Shown piece by piece: positions 26,401 through 39,100 of a stretch of 64,000 bases of DNA. Source of the stretch: Catajapyx aquilonaris (taxonomy: Eukaryota). A model generated the notes under the pieces. The model saw only the letters and a program-made list of their open reading frames with translations, had not been told where the DNA came from and ran no database searches. A program made the position numbers and the translations under genes. The stretch spans positions 1 through 64,000 of the forward strand of contig KZ538264.1 in assembly GCA_000934665.2 (NCBI GenBank), written 5' to 3'. Position 1 is the stretch's first letter; each line of letters starts with the position of its first letter.

Positions 26401-29400
26401 CCGCCGGCTGGTCATGAATTATGGGCGAGCGTGGCTGCTTTTGAAAAATGGAAGCGGACGAAAAGAATCCCCGAGAACCATTCAGCCGAGCTTCGGAAGT
26501 AAGGCAAGGCTGGCGGCACATGAAAAATGTGGGGGGGATTAAAAAGTGACGTTTTTGCCCCCCANCCCCCCCCCCCCCCTTTCCTGCTTGTCCCGTATTT
26601 TTTTCAAAAAAAAAAGCTGGCCAGCAGGCGGTATGTCCAGATGAAATTAAGTGTTCATAAATGAATTCAGTTAATTAGACTGATCTTTACAAACAAAAAT
26701 AGCCAATGTTTCCACAATTCTGGGCAAAATCTCCCTTGCGGTTTTTGGTACATTCCAGGCCACATGGGCATAATTTGGCGACAACAATTAGTTGCGGAGG
26801 CTGTGAGCAGAACAAGGCCCTGTACTTGCCTTAATGAAAACGGGACGATAAATTTCCGTAGAAGAGCATTTTGACAGGTAAGGGCTCGTGGTGTGTGCTG
26901 AACAAAAATAAAGGGGAAAAAAGAAGGTGGTTGCTAAGGGAGATTTTCTCTTCTAAGGTCCTCTGGTGGATGCATCATCATCCAACTGCTAGCTTTGGGT
27001 CCATGGGAGCAGCCAGAGGGCGGTCAATCCCATGTTAACAGGCCAGAGGAGAGTCTAGCGGTGATAAATAACTTCCTTTCGGCTCCCGCTCAACATTTTG
27101 GAAGATGAATTTTCCTCGCCCAACACGGAAACTTGGGATTAGTCGAGCATTTTTTGCACTGCTAGCCTTCCATTGCCCGAGTTCTGTCGGAAATGGCGAT
27201 GGGAGAGACAAAGAAAAGTCACATGTCCCCTCCCTCATCCTCCCCATTCCAACAAAAAATGGCAGATATTATTGCTGCTGGAGGTACGCAGGCGCATTAT
27301 CTGGACGTGCTTCGTTTTCTGCTGGAGTTCAAACTCGGCTTTCTTAGTCTTTAAAGCTCTCATAACAAGTGGTGAAAGCGTCTTACTACAACCTACCTAC
27401 GTTTCTAAGCAACAGGTTTAGCTTAGCTCTAATTGGGCACCAAACATATTAGGTAGTTAACGAAGCATTGCTCGGGTAAAAAGGTAGGGTGCGAAGCTAT
27501 GGAAGGCAAACAATGGACTGCCAAAGGGTATGCCTGAGGATGTAATTAATCTGAGCCCAGTATTTAACTAGCCTGCTTATTTCTACACACATACACTGGC
27601 ATATAGGTCTGTTTGCCTTCCCTTTCGCCCGTCTCTGCCTTGTTGCTACATGTAGACTATACGATAGTAAAGGAACAAGCGAATCAGCGAAAATGGGTGC
27701 GAAATGGCTTGAAATACTGTAGTATGGGCAGAAAGTGGACATTAAAAGCGACAACCTTAACTCACATGACCTCGCGTCTTAAGACAGTACCTTTCAGAAC
27801 ATGTTATCGCCATAAGTTATTAGTTGTCCGGAGTGGGTTGCATTAATGTAAGGCAGGAATGGGAGATATAGCACCATTCAAAAAGAAGTATTTTACCTCA
27901 ACATTCTGGCCTGAAAACTTGTACAATGAACATATACGTACGACTGGGTACGCATTAGGCATGTTCGCTGTACTGTAAATGGGGACTGTAAAATTGTTAG
28001 GATGTCATAATAGGCAGTAACAAAATGTTAGGCAGAAGTGGGTCGAGTGCAGGGGTCTCGGCTTTGTTGCTCAGCACAAATTGTTCCACTCTTGAGGAAA
28101 CAACCACCTACAGTATTTCCGTAGACTCTCTGCTCCGGGAGGTATCTGAAGAGTGTTGACAAACGCAAGGAGAAAACTGATTTGCTGTTGTCAACGGTGA
28201 GTCTCGTTTACTCTGCGATGTTTCGTATTATTTCCTCCCCTTTGCGACCGAGAGAGCAACGTCGATAACACTCAACTGCAGCCAAAGATCTCGTCACCCT
28301 TCACATAAGACAACCTCCTCTTCGATCTTTCAACTCCTTGCGGTGAAAGAACCCTGGCATTACGTATGCAAAAAAAGAAGGACCAAAGGCAGTAATTTTG
28401 AGGCGGCGCAAAAAAAAAGTCGCGACGTAAAACAGGTTCTAACTCAAATGGCGTGCGAGTTAGGAACGGTGTTTTTGGGCCATGGGGGAGGAAGGGAAAT
28501 GATGAGGGAAGAGATTGTCGAGGGTGGAATGGGGCCGTTGGACCGGTATGAATAAGTGTGTGGGGAGCAGGCTCGCATAGGAATGCACGTGTTGCGGCGC
28601 CTAATTGCGTCCGGAACTGTGCCCAAAGCGTCGCTAATTGTGGATGGACCCAACGTCTCGCACATATTTCGTTTCTAAGGACCTATCCTAGCTGGGGGTT
28701 GCTCCGACTCGGTGGAAACTTATATGCCCAGGTGCCGCTCACTACTTCCCGAATGAGTTTATGTTGCAGGCTGTTTTTCAATCAGGCTTTCCATAATGGG
28801 TTTAAGTCAGTCGTAGCCGCTCGTTTCCTCTGAAGTTTGGATAATTAAAGCTTTCTGTTCGGCCAAATGCGCAACGAACGAGCTAGGGGCTAGGATGAAA
28901 AGACCACAGGCAGTAGCTGGATGGATGGGAGACCGGGAGGAATGGAAAAGAGGAAGGGAAATCTGGTCTATGAGTAGACGTAGTTTGTGGGCTCTTTTGC
29001 CGCGGGGAATGTGGCAGCCTTCATTTGGCAACCAATCAGACAATCAATGCAGACAGAGAGCTCTGGCTCTTCTAATGAAATCAGAAATGAAAGCAGAGCA
29101 GGTTGAGGAGGTAATTTCGCAAATGTCCTCCTGCTTTGTGTTTCCCTGGCGACGCCTTGTGTCAGGAATGTCGGGGAAAGTCGATAATTGCCAGGGGAAA
29201 CACTCCCTCCTCTCAAATTGCGTACAAGACAGAACAACTTCCTCCAGGATATATACATCATTCGGGTACTTCTGACTGCGACGACTTGGTATAACCATTC
29301 GCACCTTGCAGGTAAATGCATTGAAATTGCGACCACGTGAAGAAAATCTACATTCTAACTGCCTTTTGCCTAGATTTTAAGGTCCTTCTTGGCTCGCCTC

Positions 29401-32400
29401 ATTAAGTCTCTCCTTCTTATCAGGGTTTCCTCAAATTCTTTCCACAAAGCTCCGTTGCTGGCACAGCCAAATGACTTTTAATTGCCTTCCCTCTCTTTTC
29501 CCTCTCCCCTCCTAGTAACATTCGCCATTCGCGCAGCCTAATTACCCCTCCTCTCAACGCCGCCATTTGGAACGGAAGGAAGGAAGGATGGATGGATGGA
29601 TGGATGGATTTAGCCCACCATTGCTGTGCAAGTATTTTCGTCCGTGACTTAAACAGCGCTATTTACATTCCACTTATCAAGCCCAGTTGCGTACGTCAAA
29701 TCGATGATGCAGTGTGGCCCGTTCCCTTACCGTCTTTTGTTAGAGGCCTCTCTTGGAGGAAACTCTAGACGGTCCAAAACGGTGGGCGACATCTGGTCCA
29801 ACCAGAATGTAATTACCCGGAGGAAGACGTTGTTCAGCAAAACGTAGCTGGGGTCCCCCCTAAGAGAATTTGCTGCGGTTTACTATCCGGTTTGAAGGTT
29901 AGCTTCTTCCATTTGCTGACTTGGATCTCTTCTTAAGATTCCGCCTGCAAGCTTTCCTTTTCCTCACAAAACTCGATACGGGGCTTGAGACTCAGCTTCC
30001 CAACCACCCCCTGGCCCAACCCGCTCCTCTCCTAGTGCCTCCCTTTCCAATCCAATTGCCAACTTGACACGGGAAACAAGAGGACTTATGAGAGCTATCT
30101 CCAAGCGAGCCCTCACCCTTGCTCAACCTCTTCTCTGCCTCTCTCTTGCAAACTTTGCACCAACATATATTCCGTGTAAAACGAAAATCGAAAAGAGGAA
30201 GATGGAAGCAACTATCGATTCCTTTTCATATAAGCCGGTTTTATCTATTTTTTTTTGCGGCTGTGCGATTTGTTTTGGCCTGGAGGGAAAATTAATTTTC
30301 GCAAATATGAACAGATTTGTCGCGGGTTTGCAAAATGGGGCGTAAGGAATAGTGGAACAGGTGTCAGGGTGGCAATTAATTTGTAGCCTACGAGAGATAG
30401 GTGCTTTGTGGTAGGCGACAATGGCAAGAATAGCAGCCTAGGGAAAGGCGGCAAACAAAAGTTGTAGATGAAGCAGTTAAGGCGGGCTATTGGGGCATGT
30501 CACTCGTTCCAAATGGACTGTCACGTCTTTGTCGACATTAACGAAGATAAATTAGCAGCCCTCCCTACCACCCACCCTTAAAAAAAGAGGGAAAAAAGGA
30601 AGAAAGGAGAAGCTGGAAGAAGAGTGAGACCTGAGAAGGAACCAATCGCCAGCACCTTTTCTGCCCAATTTCCTTTCAACTCGATCCATTCCGTGGTCAA
30701 AACAAAACACCCATTTCACAAACGGCTGAGGGTAACTTTTCCTTAATTAGGAGGCTTGTAATAAGAAGTTATGGCGTTGATTAATGGCTTTTTTCATCTG
30801 GATTAAGAAGCTAGTTCTTGGCTGGATGATTATATGCTGAATAAACATGGTGCCCAGAAGTACGTATCACTAGGACCACACGTTGCTTTTCTTTCTATAG
30901 CTTTTCTATAGCGGCTTCTTTTGAACTGGGGACTTGAGCATATAGCACAACACACAATCTCAAAGATATGATACAATCTGGGGAATATGGTGATGTTTCT
31001 TAGCAACAGGGTGAAACCCCTTGACCGCTGGTTGTCAAGGAACGTGCAGGTTCTGAGGGATAAAAAGGATCACAGACGCAAGGTTTGCCATGTAGGGTTG
31101 TCCGCCACAAAAACGGAAGGTCGGAAAAGATGGATGTTGTGGGCAAATTAGAACGTGGACTACTTCTACGTGCCCTGTTAGTACAGTGCAGTAATAATCT
31201 GATTACAAATCCAAAATGCGCACTTTACGGCCTTGTTAGGTGGGAGCGAAGGTTGCGTCAATTATATCGGATGAGCGCGCAATGTCAGCACTACATATAA
31301 CAGAAGCGGCATCGGAAGTCTCATCATTATCTCCGGTTCTCGACAAGTCCCCGCCCGCATCACTCTTATGAAAATTTGCAAGATGGAGATTGATCGGCGA
31401 GTGACGTCTGCTCACGTCACTTGCCCAAGATAGATTGTTGACAGAATCCGCCGGATGAATATCCGGACAAAGCCGCCCAGGTGACGTCACGGAAGTTCCG
31501 GAAGACAAATGAGACCTTCCAGAAGGCAGCCGCGCCAATTGTTTCCAATTTTAGCACAGCCAATCAAAGAAAGGTACTGTTACGAAACGAAATTCCGCTC
31601 GCGCAGCAGGCCTTTATCCGTACAGGATGTTCACAAATCTTGTCAGCTGAGTGCATGCGAAGGGTCTCGAGTCCTTACCGACATTTAGTTCCATCGACCA
31701 TGCGACCATAAGGCCCCGATGGTGAACATGCCAAATGGGCCACGAACATCGGCGACAGAGTTTACCCGCGAGGACCTTTCGATCCAAAATGGCCGTCGAC
31801 GAAGGAGGTTCCGTTCGCGGTAGACGACGTGGGGAAACACCCTCTTACAAGCTCTCCATATAATTGGGCTGCGTGTCTGACTGCGTGTGAGTGCATGTCC
31901 CTGCTCCCAGAGTAAACAAGCAGCACATTGTCATCTCGGAGGAGCAATTTCCTGCCTGGAAAACGACTTTGATCCGATTAGAGTCCGGAGTGGGTGGGCG
32001 GGTAGGAGGATCCGGATCGATGTTTTTCCGGCCCTGGCGGACCCCGGTTCCATCCATTTCGGAGCCCCCCACTTGCTTATGCTAAGTGCAGGCGAGTAAG
32101 GAGCGGATTTTTCCCGTGGTTACCTTCCTCTTCAGACTCGAGGGCTCTCCCTTTCAATCTTGTCAGAGGAAGGGGCGGAAGAAGCTCGCAGTGCCCTCCC
32201 TTATACCTCCATCTCCACATTTGCAACGTCTCTTCTCCAGCTGCTACCAAATATTCCCGGACCTGCCCCTCCAACGCGCTTCAGAATTTTAACGCCCTTA
32301 TTCTCCCTCGAAAAAGATATGTGGAATGGGAGCTAACGATTTGGTCAAACGACGTAATAATCCCGCCTAGGAAGGCATAACTTTTTCATCCTCTTTTATA

Positions 32401-33099
32401 TCACTCGGCTCAAAGAGCTATCCCCGCGTCCACAATCCCCTTGTCTGTCCCAAGACGAGACGTACATATCGGATTTGCAAGCTGCTCCTTCCCTTTATTC
32501 GTCACCGGTCTGGGAGGCAGCGGGCGGAAACGGTTTATCTTTGGCACGTAAACTGACAGAATCATTCCGCCAGGGCTAATTCTCTTTGCAGCCCGCACCA
32601 CTGGCCACCGGTTTAGAGAGAGAGGCACAGAAAACTGCAACTACTGCCTCTATTATTGCGGCATATTCGAGCAACTGACGTCATCAACCTGATAGAACCC
32701 TCCAGGGATGCCCCGGGTTTATCTCCCGCACGTTTAATTGCTGTCCGACTAAGCGGAGTGACCATATACACTCTCGGTATGGAACTAACAGGAGCTGCCT
32801 TGGCCTCTGGCAGTGAACACCTCCGAGCTCACCTTTATTTAGATGTAGCTGTTAAAATATAGCGTGACTGGGAGAGTATAACTGATTTTAACGACTTTTA
32901 ACGGTTTGTAACGGCTTGTAACGGTTTTTAACGGTTTTAACTATTTGTAACGGTTTTTAACGGCTTCGAGACACAGACGAGACTTACTCCTTGGGTCGTG
33001 GAGAATGGGCGTCCAGACCAGGTGGGGCGTCGTCGGCGAGGTGAAAAGGGCGACCAGCTGAGCTATGAGTAGGAGGAGAATCCGGCGCCAAGAGCACAT
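6655..33099 (-). CDS. Multi-CUB-domain secreted or membrane-anchored protein, full gene model (13 coding exons, 821 aa)
   Basis: All 12 introns are GT-AG with matching phases, and exon lengths sum to 2466 nt. Signal peptide, repeated CUB-like units (C...SP/YP...C...DYL/F...LCG...F) and a hydrophobic C-terminus. Confidence 0.88.
7250..7394 (-). CDS. CUB gene coding exon 12
   Basis: GTTTCAG acceptor, AG|GTCAGT donor. Encodes NCSVWNFTVVE...RLFRFCPRE. Confidence 0.85.
7455..7932 (-). CDS. CUB gene coding exon 11
   Basis: CCTACAG acceptor, A|GTCAGT donor. Encodes IESVERP..CSSQCGPSGCRC...ACFCGAF...GFNFSAIYQF..QCG...CTWRF. Confidence 0.88.
8165..8346 (-). CDS. CUB gene coding exon 10
   Basis: CCACCAG acceptor (an in-frame TAG lies 9 nt downstream), ACA|GTAAGT donor. 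Encodes QLEGTKQPDTLCDVVYYG...LQCSQYF. Confidence 0.85.
8354..8429. repeat. (ATT)n microsatellite, about 25 units
   Basis: Perfect trinucleotide run. Confidence 0.98.
8559..8671 (-). CDS. CUB gene coding exon 9
   Basis: GTCCAG acceptor, G|GTAAGC donor. Encodes LASTSNVMVLNFRR...EEFVDGAFLFHD. Not in the ORF track. Confidence 0.88.
8746..9052 (-). CDS. CUB gene coding exon 8
   Basis: ATCCCCAG acceptor, AG|GTGCGG donor. Encodes VPNTICDY...CSLTFVG...LFNYQLRGPDCSSFVQVHDG...LCSP. Confidence 0.88.
9807..9952 (-). CDS. CUB gene coding exon 7
   Basis: TTTCAAAG acceptor, A|GTAGGT donor. Encodes SGPSMPPYDHNGFVGSLHF and a Ser/Thr-rich linker. Confidence 0.82.
10011..10139 (-). CDS. CUB gene coding exon 6
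   Basis: TTGCAG acceptor, AG|GTGAGA donor. Encodes RCDTDYLAVYKG...LLQRLCG...NMLIEF, a classic CUB motif. Confidence 0.92.
10199..10382 (-). CDS. CUB gene coding exon 5
   Basis: GGCAG acceptor, GA|GTAAGT donor. Encodes CDWVFSD...LASTGYPGSYPPHRKCKYLV. Confidence 0.92.
10498..10610 (-). CDS. CUB gene coding exon 4
   Basis: CCTCCCCAG acceptor, G|GTAAGG donor. Encodes VDEKTGRSQFLAYFSF...RGGKRVENT. Confidence 0.88.
10763..10906 (-). CDS. CUB gene coding exon 3
   Basis: GCCCCAG acceptor, AG|GTGAGC donor. Encodes CIGGFLQF...QLCGENERFSPPVVMF...TLLF. Confidence 0.9.
15374..15557 (-). CDS. CUB gene coding exon 2
   Basis: CTTTCAG acceptor, AG|GTTAGT donor. Encodes CNITL...FGQIKSPSLEGPAFCWYRF...RIELQLYR..VGHFNGT. 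Confidence 0.9.
29574..29609. repeat. (GGAA)3(GGAT)6 compound microsatellite
   Basis: Read directly from the sequence. Confidence 0.9.
32886..32964. repeat. 10-bp minisatellite, 8 units, consensus TT(T/G)TAACGG(T/C)
   Basis: Read directly. Six units contain an exact TAACGG. Confidence 0.9.
32988..33099 (-). CDS. CUB gene coding exon 1 (signal peptide)
   Basis: ACCATG start context with an in-frame TGA 30 nt upstream. Encodes MCSWRRILLLLIAQLVALFTSPTTPHLVWTPILHDPR. The A|GTAAGT donor phase matches exon 2. Not in the ORF track. Confidence 0.8.
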
Positions 33100-33184
33100 G
33101 GTCAGCTGGGCAGCCTTGGTCTTCTTGTCTCACCGCCTCCGCATCATCCTGCTGTTTCCTGGCTCCGGATACACATAGCCCAAC
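33100..33184 (-). other. 5'UTR part of the ATG-containing exon, with two uORFs
   Basis: Pyrimidine-rich ...TCTGGACAG acceptor at 33185-33186 implies a further upstream non-coding exon. Confidence 0.6.
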
Positions 33185-36100
33185 CTGTCCAGAAAGAGAT
33201 CAGTCGGGGATGGTCAAACACAAATTTCAGAGCGTCCCTGTAGGTTTAAACAGCACTTTGTCGCTGCAAACGTGGGTGTCAAATACGTGCTCTTTTGACT
33301 CGGATTTCCGAAAAGCTCTCTGCTCCCGGAATGTATGTGTAGTAGGACGAATCGGGCTCAGACACAAAGAGTGGGATGGGCCCATCCACCACTTTGGCAC
33401 AGTGCACTCACCCTGTGCACACTACCAGGGGCCCATCATACACCCCTGTCATGGGAGGGGGTCTTTCCAACTTGACGACTCCGATCCAATGCCATTTTGG
33501 GAGGAGTGTGGCAAGACTACTAGTCGCCGTCAAGCCGTGCTTGGAAGGGGCTGGATCGGGGCTGACAGTGGGTTTCATTAGACGGGCGGCAGGAGGATAT
33601 AGGTGGCGCGCATCACTCACTCACTCCCCGGTAATCATTGGGAGCCCATCCAATAAGAGCCCGGCCGCCACGAAAACAGTTTCTGGAAACCAGAGATCCC
33701 GACCTAATGCGCACTAATGACGCCATCCGCGCTTCCTGCTGATATTTCCTTTCGAGAGAGCTTCTCTCTCCCCCTCTCCCTATATCGTCCAAAGTTTGGC
33801 TGTACCGGTATTTCCATCGACGTGTTGCAGAATTCGCGAGTACATATATTTTGCAAAGGGATTTCTGTTGGTCAAGTCCAATCACCGTATCGTCTAGGCT
33901 TAAAACACGAAAAGTTACAGTAGGGCCCAAAAGAGGCTTTATGAAGGATCCGTTTCATATTGCGTTTTGATATGCTGTAGGGCGGAAAGTCACGGGCGGT
34001 TAATAATTTTTGGTATACACAAACTTGTTTGCTGGAAACCTGAATATGTTCCATCTGGCCTGCAGATGTTTTCCGTCAATTTATGTATTTACTCTCCGCA
34101 GTAATAAACATACAGTCATTCACTTCGAATTATCTGCTCCAAGATATGTACACATTTTCATAAATCTGCAAATACCGCTTCAATGTACCGTAACCTTTAA
34201 GCGTCTGAAACTGGCAGTGCCTGTCATTTTTACAGTACATAGAATTCACTAAAATGCATGTTAATTTTTAATTCGTAGGTTGAATTCATAATACGGTAGA
34301 GTAGGCTATATTTATAGACTATAAACTCTAAAGAAACACATGTTGGGTTACTACTGTATATATGTAGTGGTTATTTAGGACATGGCTTTGAGAAACCGAG
34401 GATCTGACAGAAATTGCATTAACTTATTATTTCTGCTCTTCAATCCAATAACTCTCAAGAAGCCTAATGACATCATCTCGAAATAATACTCCACTGCAGT
34501 GACACCCTTCCGCTAACGATAATACCGCCGCAAAAGTTGGCTTTACTTTCAAACTTAATTTTTGGAACAAATTTTGCGTCAACCTCAAACAAAACTGTAT
34601 TTGCCAATAATGGACGAAAACACAATTATAAAATTCTGCATTCAACTCTATTCCTTCATCTACATAATAATCATTAGAATTCAACTTCCACTGAAAGCAC
34701 ACCCAAAAATAATCAGCCCACTACGCATTTGCTTTTATGATAACTAGTTCCCAATTTGCCAAAATGTGATGTTCAGCGTAAAAATAGCGCACATCGTTGA
34801 GCCTGAGGTCACATTAAGATTTAATTTTTGTTTCGCTGGGGAGCATGGGCGTATGTATATGAATTCCTGTACATCCCATACACTAAACTACCCCCTGGCT
34901 AGATCCCTGCATGCACATGCATGCTACTGGGGCCCTCACTTTGTATGTCGCCACTTCTGGTCGTATCTGCTGGTGACATTCACCACTTTAAAATAGGCCT
35001 TACGACCTGCCGTGCTTCGAAAGCGGAATGCACCGAGTAGGAAAATTCTTGGCAAATTTAATCCAGAGCCAGTTGGAGGGATAGGAGGAGCAACGTGGAG
35101 CAGTGAGAATCAAATAAATGTGCCGGGGCCATACCTCACGCGTAAGATAAGTTGCACCCTTCCATTTTGCAAAGAGCATCGTCGAGGACAATCTTCCACG
35201 CGGGGGGGTCTTATTGGCCATAAAGAATAGCTGGGCCGCTTCCCTCGCAAACTTTGCGACCGCAGCTTTCATATTCCGATGTGGAAGGAAAAGAAAAAGG
35301 GGTTAGCTTAGGGGTTCGGGAAAGGGATGTACAGCCTTCCAATATCTGGACCCTGACTTTTCACCACATCCACGCCACATGTTCGCGGACGTTTTACTGC
35401 ACCAGCAGAAAAGTGTCTCTAATATGCACATTCTATAGGTCTAAATCTCTGGCCGAAATGGGGGCAATGGCCATTGAGAAGCCCTCGCTGGGTACAGATA
35501 CGTATTAATCCGAAGCTGTTCGGAAAATGGAACACAGTTGCGAGTAGGGTGGGATTAATGGAAATATTCTGAACCAGAAAGAGACGACACGTTTCATGCG
35601 CGGAAGCACTATACTGTGCTTGGTGAGTTTTAATATGCATTTTTAATATAGCTCCCGAGGTTCTGGAATAAAAAAAAGTGGAAAATTCGTTCCGGGGCGT
35701 TGGACTCCATTCTCTATGCGGAGGTGCCGTTCAGAAATCGGATCGGCGCTAACACTGTAATCAAAATGATTGAAAAATTTGTAGCGAAACTTGTGAAGCG
35801 ACGTACAGTATGCGTACCATTGCTGCATTTGTCCAACTTGGGGAGTAGTCAAACACACAAATTGAACCGACAGAAGTTGGAGAGTTTAGAGGGTCGGCCA
35901 ACACCCGCATTTCATCCTAGACACTTGTGTGCTCTTCAACCAGGTCTATTCACTCTCTAGGTGCAGGACAGCCTCTAACTGAGGCCGGGAGAGGATCTGT
36001 TGACACAGGGACCATGTCCTTTCACATCTTCCAGATGACACGGTATCACCCACATGTACCGAGTCATGCGGGACTTTTTGAGACCCGATGGTACAAATGA

Positions 36101-39100
36101 GCCCCCTGCCACATTTTCAGACACGCGATGAAGAGATTGACGCATAAAGAGGCGTTGGTCATCCAGGCGATAAAGATCCGAGCAGGCCTCCAGAGGATCC
36201 AAAGAGGGCCATTTTCTTGAATGGCTGAGAAGGAAAGTGAGCCCCCTTCTTATGTGTCGACCATGTCGAGATAAGTCGGATCCTGTTGTGCAGGCAAGAA
36301 ATGACGTGATTATGGGCCTAATGGGTCGTGGCGCGGTTTAGCGCTAGAGGTTCCGGATCCTTGGTACAGGCTGCTTCGCACTAGAGCGCGTCTTCCGGAT
36401 TATTCGCAAATCACACTCTCTACGTCCTTCATTCGCCGAATAATCCCTCTGAATTATGCATCCCCAAGCGCCCCCTACCCCTACCACCTCCTTCGATTCA
36501 TCTCTTCTTTTCTCGCAATCAAGAAGCAGTGGAAAGCTGCATTAATGACCCAGCCTGCACCTCAAAATCAGACAGTATAACTTTTTATTCAGGGAATATT
36601 AATGCTTCCGTTTTTAACAGATCCGCGGCAGTGGGGGGGTTCGTTCAATGCATTTATCTGCAGAGGTCCGTTTACAGCCGGAGAATTGGACTAAAATCCG
36701 CAATAAGTTATTCCCAGTAGCGACGTAAGCCCCGGTGAGTGTCGTAAGTGCGCTCGCTACCAATGTCCCTCCATAACCACGATTTACCACCCCCCATTCC
36801 TGTTATATTGCCCTCCTTCCGTTATTATAATCACTCTGCAGCAGCCAGAAACGTGGGGATGTGCAATCTCCATCGGAATCAAGCCCAACTTTCCACTTGC
36901 CAATTTACCGCTGATTGCTTGCAATGTCCGATTCCCTCACGCCGCTTACATTCTGTCAGACCTAATGTACCGTCGATTGATCACTACAATCACTGGCAGG
37001 TACCAGGTAAATTCAAATGGGCATGAAAATAATCCGGATAGAACTCTTCTAAAAAAATAGAGACAGGAAGAAAGAGGAATAAATAAGTGGGAGGAAAAGG
37101 ATGGGCCAAGCGCTTCCTCGGTCCAAATGGATTTTTGGAGGAGGTTCAAATCGATTTCCTTTTGTCTTTCCTCCCACCTTCAGACCAAGAGAGCAGGAGG
37201 AAAATCTTGTCTTTTCAGCAACACATGTCTGGCTTTTTGATGGCGGCGAAGGTACAATTTGCGATTCCCCATAGTGCCAGTCGGGGGAAAAAAGGCCTGG
37301 AGATTTGTGACTCTATCTGCTCAATACATGCAAGACGAGTAGGACCCGGGGCGGCCCCCAACCCTACATTTTTTTCAGGCTGTTCCATAAGCCCATTTTA
37401 TTGTTGCACAGCACGGCGCTACTGGTTGGACCAGATTCTCACGTGACTAGATCACACATTGAGTGTCGAATATGCAGCCTCAGCTTTATGGCTGTATGCT
37501 GGTGCTGCCAGAATAGGCCGCTTGAAGGCATTTGGATTAAACCTGCGTTTAACATTTCATGGGTACATGTTCGCCGCACCTTTTTTCAACTAGAGCTTTT
37601 TTTTCAGACCCAGAGAGTTCTCCCTACAGAATCAATCCAATCCAACCCACTCCCAGACTCAATTACCACCTGCTATTGTCATGTTCTAGCCTAGTCAAAT
37701 GGGTCAGGTCTTGTGCCCCTGTGCTGCCCGCTTCAGATCAATAGGCAGCGGCCATTGTGTCGCTTCAGGAAGCAGGAAGGACTGGGGGGTTGAGGGGGGG
37801 GGGTGACTGGGAGGATAAATTGTCCCCAGCCTCCCAGCCTAAGAGATAGCTCGTGTTGGACCGCTTTTTTTCCCCACTCTCTCCTATACCTCCCTCCCCG
37901 GTTAACCTCACCGGAACGAGCTCTGTACACATGACGTGAAAAGTCGTCGATTGTGCAAAGATGTTCCGTTTGCCTACCGTTCACCTTTCAGATCTATGCA
38001 ATTTTTTTGGTGGCGCTATTCATGCGTGTGACTAGACTGCGAGTAATGGCCACCTTTTGAATTTCTGATGTCCCATTCAATATTCAGCACATTCATTCAA
38101 AAAATCAACAATTTGCTGGATTCATGCTGAGCCAAACTCCTGAAGAGGTTGGGGAAGATATTGTCCCTTAGGTACCTCGTTCCAATTTTGTATTTAAAAA
38201 AAAGTAATGCGAAGGATAACTAAGTTTCATGTGGGTCAATTGGATGGGGCAACGTCTCCCATAAGTAACCGATAATTTGGATTCCACACCGGGGGAAAGA
38301 CCTCTGAAGCGCTGCTGGGAAATGCCCCGGATTTCGATGGGGGACGAGAAGGGATGGCAAGAGGGTTGTAGAAATGTCACCTCAACACTCTCCCATCAAC
38401 CTCCGCCCCCCTGCACCACCCGCTCCTTCCCAGTGGCAACTACCCTTGATTAACTTCCGCCTGGCATGCCTGGAAAGTACAGGTTAGGGGGGCAGACTGT
38501 AACTACCAGCTAAGTTGGTTCGTGCAAGCACTTGAGGCCTGCTCTCTAGTTTCACCTGTTCAGTGGAAGATACACTCGACTCTTTACCCAAGCAACACCT
38601 TCCGAGCTCGTAAACCCGCCGGGGATCAATAAGAGAAGAGGTCCTCTTCTTCCTTCTTCCTCCTCCACTTCCTTCCTTGCTGCTTCCTTCCTTGCAACAT
38701 CCGCCTTCTCACTCAAACCACATCAAACTTTCCTGGGCCTAAAGCGCACTCACGCTACTGTACTGCATACATGCATACATCCATCCAGTGATGAAGTTAT
38801 AAGAAGCTATGAGCGCCCTTCTCTTACAAAATATGCAGCAACATGTCCTGCTGCATTATGCTCAGGAAGAATCATAAGTTGAACCGCATGTCTTTCTCAG
38901 ACGTTTAATGCATCCAGTGCATTAAACTAGTTGGCAGTTAGATACTATCCGAGATTAAAATTATTGATTGGTGAGCAGTGGTTTACTCTTGACTGACCTC
39001 TCTTGACTGGTTCGCAGTGATGGCGACTGTACAGTATAATTATTGCAGTACTTGGTAGTTGTTGGGGGTTTAATGGCATAGTGATAAACCTAGTACGGGA

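Noticed and set aside
38903..38930. 10-bp hairpin followed by CTAG (Helitron 3' end-like)
   Set aside because: The hairpin is AT-rich and overlaps the CTAG, unlike the GC-rich, spaced Helitron terminator. No 5' end was found.
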